DNA of 41,341 bases from positions 1 through 41,341 of the IMG/VR virus record IMGVR_UViG_3300032270_000871; one strand, 5' to 3'. The notes under the pieces are model-generated. The model was given only the letters and a program-made list of their open reading frames with translations. It did not search any database and was not told where the DNA came from. Source of the DNA: a virus (taxonomy: Duplodnaviria; Caudoviricetes). Below, piece after piece: positions 10,401-18,383 of this stretch. The position numbers and the translations under genes are program-made. The first letter of the stretch is position 1, and every line of letters begins with the position of its first letter.

Positions 10401-12944
10401 TCCGTACTCAAAATCCGATGGTCCAAGAACCGTTAGTGAAGGATCAGTATCACTTCTAAATCCAGTTTTGCTTGATTCTTGAATGACAAATGATGCGGTA
10501 GGATCTTTTGCATTTTCAATTTCTTTTGGAATAAAGACTCTTAACTTATAAATCTTCTCATCAATACCTCTACCATCAGAAGTTCTGTAGAATTGAAGAA
10601 CATTAGATCTCGAACCTAATGTTGCAACACCATACGTTGATAGTGCATTAAAGATGTCATTATTACGATTAACATGAACATACCAATTGGAACGATTGGT
10701 ATCATATTGAATTGGATGCCCATAGCTACCAGGACTCTTATCAGATACTCTACTTACAACTTTCAGTTTTGTTCCACCATAGATGGTAATTGCATTTCCA
10801 AGTGTTGCGTTTGTTGGAGATGTGGCAACCTTAATTGTTGTAGAAGTATTATAGATTACATAATAAACAGTATTTGCAGTGATATTTTCTGGAAGATCAC
10901 CATCATCACTGAAGATTCTAATTGTTTCTCCTGTTTGTAGTGCGTGAGGAACGGTTCCAAGAGTCAGAACATTACTGGTTGGACCAGAAGTTACTTGATA
11001 TGACTTCTCACTTGTATTTGTTCCATAAGAAATTGTTGCACCAATCGAAGGAGACCCATAAGGATTAATGGAATCCGTCATATAAATGTTGGAAGTTACC
11101 GTTCCACCAATACCTGCTCCAGTGGCAAGATAAAGTTGATCATTAACTTTTGCACCAACTCGGTATCCCTGAATAATTGTTGGTGGTAGATCTGTCTGTG
11201 ATGTAAATCCGTAGAGATATAGATGGCTGGAAATACCAACGGCAGTTGTGAGTCCAACATCTAATGAAATCCAATCAATGGATGTTGCAGATGCAGTGAT
11301 TGCTCTTGGAGCAACAATTGAGGTAATGACAGCGTGATTATCTTTCTCGAATGCTTCTTTCTTAAATCCACTAGAATTCAGTGAGATTTGTCCGAAGTTA
11401 GAGTTAGAGTTTGTGATGGATGCGTCACCACCATTAATTGCATCAAAGTGTTTGTTGTATCCGATTGCGAATACAGAAACAACCTGAATAAATGCATCAT
11501 TTGAAAGTTTGATGTGACTTGTTTCCCATCCACTTCTGTAGATGGCATCTGAATCAAGGTGATATGCAGAGGTTATATCAGTTGAGGTTGCTCCACTGGA
11601 TAGATCTGCACCAGTTACCTTGTTAATTGGACTAATGCCTTTGTAAATTCTTGATGATTGGTCATATTTTACAAATGCACGGTCATCTTTTTGTAGAGAA
11701 ACACCTGTGAATTGAGCAACAACCATTGAACGCAAACCTGATGCCTTAGCACCATCAGCGTGCATACCGTTCATACCCCATACAGAACGGAGCGAACAGT
11801 TAAAGACATAAGGTGATGCACCACCTACGGTATCGGTCTCAATCGTAACTGTTGCACCAGCTGGAGATGGAGTTGCTGGTAGGTTTGCCCTTACGGCAGG
11901 CATCAAATAAGTGAATTGTGTATCCGAAAGAACAGTCTGAACTTTTGTTGAAATATTATAATCGGTAGTTGTAACACCATTAATCTTAATAGGTGTTCCA
12001 GCATTAAGACCGTGTGCAATTGCGGTAGTTACCGTAATGACAGAAGTAGGAGTATATCCATCACCAGAAATAATGGATGTGATACGAATTGGATCACTTG
12101 CAAATGCTCCAACAATTTCCCATTCTGGACGTTGTTTTGCAAATCCAAGGGGTGAAGTTGGGTATTTTTGATCAATATCACGACCTGATGCAGCATTGAA
12201 GGCATTGGATACCTTGCTATAATACATATCAAGGTCTGTAAGGTCATATCCAGTTACAGTATTGAAACCATCGGCATACTCAAAACAGGTGAGTTTATGG
12301 TGAGAGAATGTAGGAGTTGCAGAATTAACGACCGAGAAATCAGATTTATCGGTATAAACTGTTCCTGTTTCATCGCCATCAAAAATGGAGAACTGCCAGA
12401 AGTAGCAGGCACCAGTAATTCTAAAGATTGCCGAAGATGGAACTGTTGAATCAGTTGGGTTTGGAACATACTTAGGACGAATCTTGGTCTTTCTTAAGTC
12501 AAGACCAACGATTGATGTACCTCTAGGAACAATAACACCACCATTGACACTATTGAACTTGTAAAGAATATTGTCTCTTTGGTTTAAGTCAAAGTTTGAT
12601 GTAAGTGTGAGTGAGAGTTCGTTTTCTGCTGGAAATACTGTTCCGTTAGGGGCAGTTACATAAACTCCACCACTGCTGTAGATTGCATATCCTGGTCTGT
12701 TATCAACAGGGTGCTCACCAGGAAGAAGCAAAATAGTCGTTCTTTCAGTAATGTCATTATCATTACCTCTAATATAAGAGAATCTAGCGGATTCTAGAAG
12801 TGCTCTTTGAATAGTTTTGAATGGTTGTGATAGTGAATTACCTTGGTTACTAACACTATCAGTAGCATTTAGATCACTTGGGCTGACGTATAAGATTCTA
12901 CCTTCAGTGTTCTTGATAAAATTGTCAAGTCTATTAAGAGGCAT
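7470..12944 (-). CDS. long tail fibre protein with C-terminal peptidase S74 intramolecular chaperone
   Basis: 1824 aa; C-terminal SDQRLKDNI...ALDKV...FDW...GVVAQE...YEKLVPLLIEAIKDL signature; CTAAATA late box at 12977-12983. Confidence 0.88.
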   Translation of the reverse strand: MPLNRLDNFIKNTEGRILYVSPSDLNATDSVSNQGNSLSQPFKTIQRALLESARFSYIRGNDNDITERTTILLLPGEHPVDNRPGYAIYSSGGVYVTAPNGTVFPAENELSLTLTSNFDLNQRDNILYKFNSVNGGVIVPRGTSIVGLDLRKTKIRPKYVPNPTDSTVPSSAIFRITGACYFWQFSIFDGDETGTVYTDKSDFSVVNSATPTFSHHKLTCFEYADGFNTVTGYDLTDLDMYYSKVSNAFNAASGRDIDQKYPTSPLGFAKQRPEWEIVGAFASDPIRITSIISGDGYTPTSVITVTTAIAHGLNAGTPIKINGVTTTDYNISTKVQTVLSDTQFTYLMPAVRANLPATPSPAGATVTIETDTVGGASPYVFNCSLRSVWGMNGMHADGAKASGLRSMVVAQFTGVSLQKDDRAFVKYDQSSRIYKGISPINKVTGADLSSGATSTDITSAYHLDSDAIYRSGWETSHIKLSNDAFIQVVSVFAIGYNKHFDAINGGDASITNSNSNFGQISLNSSGFKKEAFEKDNHAVITSIVAPRAITASATSIDWISLDVGLTTAVGISSHLYLYGFTSQTDLPPTIIQGYRVGAKVNDQLYLATGAGIGGTVTSNIYMTDSINPYGSPSIGATISYGTNTSEKSYQVTSGPTSNVLTLGTVPHALQTGETIRIFSDDGDLPENITANTVYYVIYNTSTTIKVATSPTNATLGNAITIYGGTKLKVVSRVSDKSPGSYGHPIQYDTNRSNWYVHVNRNNDIFNALSTYGVATLGSRSNVLQFYRTSDGRGIDEKIYKLRVFIPKEIENAKDPTASFVIQESSKTGFRSDTDPSLTVLGPSDFEYGRNPRFISSCTYDGTSTITVTAEQPHCLFVGDKIIVKNVVSSTNTSGADNSGYNGTFLVTAIPTNKVFKYSSTDTDGVLHTPGTFTSYDQNSRSIDLPRWQRADIQSNYYIYRNEVITPYIEGTQDGIYHLYVLNSRNTVPNEFTSYKYAQNVVDLFPQLDNDNIDDNPQAAKSFAKRAPLGDVVTNDLKKSITKETLDYFLQEFGIGIGVSLTATQAGITTVTFTEEHNFSGIVTYSSFAGGSGKSPGTYYNVKLYNDSGLTSWNGATSKVVVSTGGTVTSVDITSPGSGYSSGTLYLDTTKIGGAANATVTIATSGISTNIGQVVQFTGVGTITDSYARIVTVPSGNTISIARTSGDPYVASNQYVFLVGPSAGISTVIYNSTVGVATFTTTQAHGLLAGNRFRILTSANNNVGDYIVKEAATTTTFSATTNNPLTSPSIASGFILKHGLSANDAVSDSTGENIGVRDVPIFGNEYLTLNATLTNSANDTSFSVISTVGVGTYKRFPLGSYIQIDAEIMRVASSTLSGPGNDKLTVLRGALGTNVAAHTTGSLIRRINPIAIEFRRPSILRASGQTFEYLGYGPGNYSTGLPQVQVKTLSEREAFLVQSQQRSGGVVVYTGMNNDGDFFIGNTKYSASSGEQTTFAIPTPSVTGQDPNRLSVIYDEVTVRERLLVQGGNSGTILSQFNGPVTFNKELKMNGTVTVTSLIKETNTTDSTAATNGSVVFSGGIGVVKNTNIGANISVGGTTGLTGKVYTYNDLSVLGITTLANSLGVAGVSTFYSSVTINGSVNFNSNLGISGIATFQNDATVQGDLYVGKNGGGDSNIYFYNDSADNYGPTIQFVDNASTIGGSSVAADTFYFNNRIFVNGQIETNGDITAFSTSDQRLKDNITPIPNALDKVLSISGNTFDWNDKSDKEGNDVGVVAQEILEVLPEAVTTRDNGYLAVRYEKLVPLLIEAIKDLKAEINELKGGN

Positions 12945-12979
12945 GGTATTATGACTTCTAAAATATTTCTATCTTCTAT

Positions 12980-13282
12980 TTAGCTACTCAAATCTTCCTC
13001 GTCAAACTCCATAATATCCTCTGGTAAGTCTTCTGGATTTTCCAAATCCATCTCAAATAATAGTGGATGTGCCTCCTCATCTATCAAATAGAATGAGTTC
13101 TTAAATAAGTCTTCTGGATCAAACGTTCTGTTCTTATCTGCTTCCCGAAGAAGATCCATATCATTCAAATGTCCATCGGGCATTTCATCAAAAGTGAAAG
13201 GAATTTCATTGACAAAATACATCTTGACTATCATACTACCATCATTATACCAGCAGTAAGCAGTGGAGATTCTATAAGACAT
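12980..13282 (-). CDS. acidic hypothetical protein
   Basis: 100-aa ORF; AATAAATA late box at 13302-13309. Confidence 0.75.
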   Translation of the reverse strand: MSYRISTAYCWYNDGSMIVKMYFVNEIPFTFDEMPDGHLNDMDLLREADKNRTFDPEDLFKNSFYLIDEEAHPLLFEMDLENPEDLPEDIMEFDEEDLSS

Positions 13283-13312
13283 TATAGTTTTCCGTATCTT
13301 ATATTTATTTTA

Positions 13313-13385
13313 TGCCCGTGGTCGGATTCGAACCGACCCTGGAAGGATTTTAAGTCCTCTGTCTCTTCCGCTGGACTACACGGGC
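13313..13385 (-). tRNA. tRNA-Leu(TAA), short variable loop
   Basis: Acceptor GCCCGTG/CACGGGC, anticodon arm GAGGA-CTTAAAA-TCCTT, T loop TTCGAAT; no encoded CCA. Confidence 0.9.
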
Positions 13386-13416
13386 GTGTATGAAACTATT
13401 ATATCATAATAGTCAA

Positions 13417-13489
13417 TGCTCCTTGAGGGGATCGAACCCACCTGAGGCGAATTATGAGTTCGCTGCTTTCACCAGATAGCTAAAGGAGC
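13417..13489 (-). tRNA. tRNA with CAT anticodon (elongator Met or Ile2)
   Basis: Acceptor GCTCCTT/AAGGAGC, anticodon arm GCGAA-CTCATAA-TTCGC, T loop TTCGATC. Confidence 0.88.
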
Positions 13490-13492
13490 AAG

Positions 13493-13581
13493 TGCGAGTG
13501 TAGGGAATCGAACCCTAACACGGGACTAATCTGGTCCACTTGGGCTTATAAGACCCACGATGCTCCATACATCACACTCGC
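13493..13581 (-). tRNA. tRNA with TAT anticodon (nominal Ile), long variable arm
   Basis: Acceptor GCGAGTG/CACTCGC, anticodon arm TGGGT-CTTATAA-GCCCA, variable arm GGAC-CAGATTA-GTCC, T arm TAGGG-TTCGATT-CCCTA. Confidence 0.8.
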
Positions 13582-13588
13582 AAAAACA

Positions 13589-13795
13589 TTATTGTGCTTC
13601 GTTGTTTTCTTCTGTGTGTATTCGTATCAGGTCGTCATTCCCTTCTATCTCATCTACTATACACTCATAGTCCTTTGCAGACATTATTGCAACTTCTTTT
13701 CCTTGATCGGTGATAATGAAATTCTCCCCGCTCTCTACGCGCTCAAGGAGATTATCAAAGTCGTCTTGAAATTCTTCTACTGTAAATTTTTCCAT
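13589..13795 (-). CDS. Phd/YefM-family antitoxin-like protein
   Basis: FTVEEFQDDFDNLLERVESGENFIITDQGKEVAIMS matches the Phd N-terminal fold pattern. Confidence 0.7.
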   Translation of the reverse strand: MEKFTVEEFQDDFDNLLERVESGENFIITDQGKEVAIMSAKDYECIVDEIEGNDDLIRIHTEENNEAQ

Positions 13796-13798
13796 TTG

Positions 13799-13990
13799 TC
13801 AAAAGGGATTAGAATATGCAAGGCAATCTTCACTTACTTGACTGCGAACAATTTCCAGTACATTCATAAACTGGTCAATAGTCTCACATTCTACGAGTTT
13901 CTCTCCACCTTCACTAGAATAAAGATAGAACTTACGTGCCAGAGTATCCACGACACAGCGGGACAGAAACTCTTCGGTGTTGGCAGGCAT
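13799..13990 (-). CDS. hypothetical protein
   Basis: 63-aa ORF directly downstream of a consensus promoter. Confidence 0.75.
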   Translation of the reverse strand: MPANTEEFLSRCVVDTLARKFYLYSSEGGEKLVECETIDQFMNVLEIVRSQVSEDCLAYSNPF

Positions 13991-14015
13991 TTGGTCTTGT
14001 GTTGATTACCCTGAT

Positions 14016-14044
14016 ATTATAGGGCATCTGGGGGTGCCTGTCAA
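14016..14044 (-). promoter_or_regulatory. perfect sigma70 promoter
   Basis: TTGACA-N17-TATAAT. Confidence 0.9.
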
Positions 14045-14538
14045 GGGGTCGGTGTCGGTGGCCAAATTGGATTCTTTGGATCTTCAGTATTTCCCGGAAG
14101 ATCCCTAAGTTCCTGACGATAATTTGACCAAGCAGTTTTTTGTTCTTCTGTTAATGGCACATCAGGAATTTGTGTCCAATCACATTTAGAAAGTTTTCCG
14201 TCTCTTAAAATTCTCAATTTTTTCCAATAATCTCTTCTAGATTCTATTGCTTCTTCTTGTGCTTCTTCTTGTGCTTTTTGTTCATCAGCAATTCTTTGTT
14301 TTTCATTATTAAACATTTGAATTGCCCTTTCATAAATCCCAAGTTCTGTAATGAATTCTACAGGACCATTTCCAGATTCATCAATCTCATAATTAATACT
14401 TCCTCTAGTACCATACCATATAAGATAAGTCACATTTGATGGAATCCAAGAAAAATCTTGTCCTGTAACATTAAACAGGGTTTCATTTTCAACTGTAATA
14501 TTTTTATTTAAAACATCAATAGATAATACAATTTTCAT
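14041..14538 (-). CDS. tail fibre assembly chaperone-like protein
   Basis: C-terminal LRxxRDxxLxxCDWTQxPD...WxxYRQELRDLP...WP motif. Confidence 0.8.
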   Translation of the reverse strand: MKIVLSIDVLNKNITVENETLFNVTGQDFSWIPSNVTYLIWYGTRGSINYEIDESGNGPVEFITELGIYERAIQMFNNEKQRIADEQKAQEEAQEEAIESRRDYWKKLRILRDGKLSKCDWTQIPDVPLTEEQKTAWSNYRQELRDLPGNTEDPKNPIWPPTPTP

Positions 14539-14879
14539 TTTTCTTTTTCTTCTTCTAAAATATTTATTGGTGAATTGAGTGGAGTTACTTGTGCAGGAAC
14601 AACTCCTTGTTGAAGTGCCTGAACATAAAGTTGCTGATTCTGTTGATTTCCTTTTACGACTTCATTACGGAAAGACTCCACAGCAGCACCAGTTTGATTG
14701 GATTTTTGTGCGATTTCTACTGCCATTATTGGCATCCAAGTTACGGCACATCCCCATTCATCTACTGGTTCTCCAGTATTTGGATTGGTTCCTCGCATTT
14801 GTGTATACCAAGAACACTTCAATCCAATACAATCTTTTTTAATGAGGGGACAAAAATTGCCCGGTTTGATTTTTGCCAT
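14535..14879 (-). CDS. Cys-rich hypothetical protein
   Basis: 114 aa, CPLIKKDCIGLKC...WGC; ATTAAATA late box at 14884-14891. Confidence 0.75.
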   Translation of the reverse strand: MAKIKPGNFCPLIKKDCIGLKCSWYTQMRGTNPNTGEPVDEWGCAVTWMPIMAVEIAQKSNQTGAAVESFRNEVVKGNQQNQQLYVQALQQGVVPAQVTPLNSPINILEEEKEK

Positions 14880-14886
14880 ATTTTAT

Positions 14887-15567
14887 TTAATTCTTACTAC
14901 AAATTATAACATCAATGTACTGAACTGCAAAGTCCATTGCTGCTCCAGCAGTACCTTGATTATCAGTTGTAAAGGAGTGTGTGTGATTACTATTTGTACC
15001 AGCAGTAGTCCAGTCGGTGTACCATGGAACGTTATCAAAATCGTCACCTGAATTGGAACCAGCATATGCATTTGGTAGACCAGAATTTCCATCAACTTCT
15101 GCAAAATAAAAGTTTTGAAAATTGTGACTATGATCTGCACTGTGCCCACCAGTACTTCCACCGTGAGCGTGTTGTGGAAGTGGAACACCTCTACTTGTAA
15201 ATACACTTGTAAAGTTAGTTGTACCCCCAGAACCTCCACCAGTTCCAGAGACTACTCGCATAGCCTTGTTATCGTGAGTAGTTTGTTTTGTATATCCTGT
15301 TGGAGCAGTTGCTTGATAAAATAATAAGGTTGTTCCAGCAAGAAATTCTGCCGTTGGTAACACCAATGTTGCAGCAGTTAAATATGTATTGGAGTCTAAA
15401 GTACCATCTGCCTTCAAAAATTGATTAGATTTGCCCGAAGAAACACTAACAGTATTGCCAGTAATATTGCCACCAACACTAATATTGCCAAAGGAATTTA
15501 CATCACCAAAAAAGGTGGCATTATCATTAAAAAATGTCGGTGAGCTGTAATAGATATCGTCTGCCAT
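14887..15567 (-). CDS. short tail fibre/collar-like protein
   Basis: AGTTLLFYQATAPTGY and HxH motifs typical of fibre tips. Confidence 0.7.
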   Translation of the reverse strand: MADDIYYSSPTFFNDNATFFGDVNSFGNISVGGNITGNTVSVSSGKSNQFLKADGTLDSNTYLTAATLVLPTAEFLAGTTLLFYQATAPTGYTKQTTHDNKAMRVVSGTGGGSGGTTNFTSVFTSRGVPLPQHAHGGSTGGHSADHSHNFQNFYFAEVDGNSGLPNAYAGSNSGDDFDNVPWYTDWTTAGTNSNHTHSFTTDNQGTAGAAMDFAVQYIDVIICSKN

Positions 15568-15572
15568 TTTAA

Positions 15573-16310
15573 TTATTCCGCAAGAGTTCCACCAGTAGCG
15601 GCGCCACCAGTACTTACAACATTTGCCGATGTTGTTACATTAGCACGATTGAGTTCTGCATTTGAGAGAACATCATCGGCATATTTACTATTTTCTGTGG
15701 CAGCAGGAGAATCAACCTTTGCATCACAACTTGATGCGGTATTACTTGCCGATGCAACATTACTTGCCACTCCACCATTAAATGTTGATGTGATTTTATC
15801 ACTACCAACAAAAGTTCCGGCAAAGGCAATTTCACCAAAAGTTGCACCTTTCGGCACGAGATTTCCATCAATACCATCAGAAGCAACAGTAGTTCCTTTC
15901 AAAAATACTCTTCCAGACCCAGATAATAGATTAATATTTCTTCCTGCCACAATATCAATATCCTCGTCGGCATCTAATGTAATATTTTGAGCCCGAATTC
16001 TGACTCTTCCACTCTTCTCTGCCGTGATACAAACATCACCGTTTCTACCAGTGATCATAATATCAACACCACCACTGTTCTTCTGACCGGCAACGATTTC
16101 TATAGACTTATCATTGTAAATCTTATAAAGACCGCCTTCGGTAAGTCCAGTAATAGCAACATCTTTACCGTCCGTTACACCATATAAGGTATATACATCA
16201 GTTCCATTCACCCCCATCTGGGGGTTTGCTACATCAATTCTAAACTTTGGACCAAAACTTGTGACTTGTCTTCCTTGCCAGTTTTGATTTTTTGTGGGTC
16301 TTTTAGCCAT
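15573..16310 (-). CDS. baseplate spike protein (gp5 C-terminal beta-helix-like)
   Basis: Repeated short beta motifs (IEIVAG, IRIRAQNITLDA, IDIVAGRNINL); abuts gp5. Confidence 0.65.
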   Translation of the reverse strand: MAKRPTKNQNWQGRQVTSFGPKFRIDVANPQMGVNGTDVYTLYGVTDGKDVAITGLTEGGLYKIYNDKSIEIVAGQKNSGGVDIMITGRNGDVCITAEKSGRVRIRAQNITLDADEDIDIVAGRNINLLSGSGRVFLKGTTVASDGIDGNLVPKGATFGEIAFAGTFVGSDKITSTFNGGVASNVASASNTASSCDAKVDSPAATENSKYADDVLSNAELNRANVTTSANVVSTGGAATGGTLAE

Positions 16311-18383
16311 TTATGAAACACAATCAATTGATTTTGTAGGAGTTCCAATTCTTTGAATTGTTGTAAGAATTGGTCTGAGAACCGCACCAGATCCAGTACT
16401 TGAATTAACAGTGAGAACTGGAAGATCGCTGACTGAATTATTTATTGGGGTAATCTTAGTGATAGAACCATTATACAGTTCAAACGCAAACTTATTACCA
16501 TTCTCGTCGGTGACTGTATCATTCTCGGTATAATCATTTCCAGATTCTTCAACTACAACATCATCAATAAAGTATGGGACTTGTTCATTAATTGGATAGT
16601 TTTCGCCGTCTGATACAATATAGATGTACTTAATTGTTCCGTCATCGTTCAGAACAGATCGTGCAACGGCACCATAACCTTGACCACATTCATCGGTAAT
16701 CTCAACAAATGGTGGGAACTGATACCCATATCCAGGATTTGTGAGTTGAACACCAATGATACTACCAGTTTTGCTTCCAGTTTCCCCAACAATAGAACCA
16801 AATAAAGGAATGGCAGCACCACCTAATCCACCACCACCAAAAATTTTAACAACTGGAGGACCACAAGATACGGGAGGTCCAGCATAACAACTACCAGATG
16901 CACTCTTATTGCCAGGAGTTTTACTTAATACTGCCAAATCTCTGAATGGACCAACTACATCTTTAGCGGTAGAAGCAACTGCATTCGCAACACCTGTTGC
17001 AGAATTCACGGCACCCATTAATCCACTTGCGGTATCAATTGCATTATTTGCAACACCAACACCTTCAGTAGCCTTACTGGCAGCATCCATAAAGTTTGCA
17101 CTTTCCAATACATCATTAAAATTATAACAAGAACCATTCTTAGGTCCACAACCAATGACCCACTGCTTGACCATTCCTTGTGCCTTTCCTTTGGTTTGAT
17201 TTGAGTCCAATAAACCAACCAAACCCTTGATTGCATCAGAAGAAGTTCTAAGAATATTAGATACGCTGAATGATGGGAAAAACTTTAAAATACTTCCAAT
17301 TCCACCCAGAACAGAAGACATTCCTTGAGTTGCCTTATTGATTACATCATTCACCAGAGCACCAGTAAATTGTGTTGATGCACAACTTACAAATCTCGTT
17401 TGGTTATCAACCACGGCATTCAGTAATCCACTAATGGTTCCACCCAGACTACCGACGATTGAACCAGTCAAACTTCCAACAATCTTTTGAATGTTTTGAA
17501 CAGGAATCACCATTGCATTTTGAGCTGCAACACCTGCCTTGTGAGCAAGTGCAGGTATTTTTGTTGCGGCAAGAATTAAATTATAAACTTGGCGATATAA
17601 AAGTTTAAGTCCCTTATTGATGATTGGAGCAAGCTTCTTATAAAAAGCTGTTACCATATTACCAACCAATTGATTAGATATTGCCTGGATTTTTTGAACA
17701 ACAAAACTAACTTCATTTGCCAAATTTATAAAGATGGCACTGGCATTATTAATTTTGTTCAGTAAATTACTAATTTCTGTTGAAATCTTACTGATTACAG
17801 TATTATTACTACCATCGGCAAGTTGAATTGTCTCACCAATTCCAGAAAAATAAGAAATCTCATCAGATCCAATTACCTTTGCCTGTGCTGGTGATACATT
17901 TCTTGGAGATTTTTGAGCATCTGCTGTTTGTTCGTTGGTTTGGTCTGTTTTAACTGCCTTACCATCATTCTTAATTTTGCTGGTATATCCAGTAAATGGT
18001 TGGAATGGTCCGGCATTTTTGGAAGTAAGAACCTGAGAAGTTCTACCAAAAACTCCCATAATGACAGGAATTTGAGCATTATCACCATCAAGAAAGAAAC
18101 CAAATACTACATCACCAGGAGCAATCTTAACCGTTGTGGCATTATTTCCTGCGCCAGATCCAGCAGTTGTAGAGATTAAAACTTGTGCCCAAGGTAAATC
18201 ATCATCAGGAAGTTCGGTAATATCATAGGGATGATATCCCATAATACGAACTTTAAATCTATTTCCCCATCCACCTTTATTAATTTGAGCACCGTGAGCA
18301 CTCTCTGGTGGAACTTGTCCGATCCACCATCTAAATCCATCTCTACCGATAAAATTACTTTTTAAAAGGGATGCTTCAATCAT
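16311..18383 (-). CDS. gp5: baseplate hub subunit gp5 (N-terminal OB fold)
   Basis: FRWWIGQV...RFKVRIMGYH...LPWAQV...GDVVFGFFLDGDNAQIPVIMG. Confidence 0.88.
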   Translation of the reverse strand: MIEASLLKSNFIGRDGFRWWIGQVPPESAHGAQINKGGWGNRFKVRIMGYHPYDITELPDDDLPWAQVLISTTAGSGAGNNATTVKIAPGDVVFGFFLDGDNAQIPVIMGVFGRTSQVLTSKNAGPFQPFTGYTSKIKNDGKAVKTDQTNEQTADAQKSPRNVSPAQAKVIGSDEISYFSGIGETIQLADGSNNTVISKISTEISNLLNKINNASAIFINLANEVSFVVQKIQAISNQLVGNMVTAFYKKLAPIINKGLKLLYRQVYNLILAATKIPALAHKAGVAAQNAMVIPVQNIQKIVGSLTGSIVGSLGGTISGLLNAVVDNQTRFVSCASTQFTGALVNDVINKATQGMSSVLGGIGSILKFFPSFSVSNILRTSSDAIKGLVGLLDSNQTKGKAQGMVKQWVIGCGPKNGSCYNFNDVLESANFMDAASKATEGVGVANNAIDTASGLMGAVNSATGVANAVASTAKDVVGPFRDLAVLSKTPGNKSASGSCYAGPPVSCGPPVVKIFGGGGLGGAAIPLFGSIVGETGSKTGSIIGVQLTNPGYGYQFPPFVEITDECGQGYGAVARSVLNDDGTIKYIYIVSDGENYPINEQVPYFIDDVVVEESGNDYTENDTVTDENGNKFAFELYNGSITKITPINNSVSDLPVLTVNSSTGSGAVLRPILTTIQRIGTPTKSIDCVS

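Noticed and set aside
13395-13416. TTGACT...TATAAT between tRNAs
   Set aside because: Only 7 nt separate the hexamers, so it is not a canonical promoter; it forms a short hairpin of unclear role
16308-16313. In-frame TAA-ATG junctions (also 7467-7472 and 19739-19744) as stop-codon readthrough or recoding
   Set aside because: TAA is an efficient stop, no suppressor tRNA is present, and abutting genes are common in these phages
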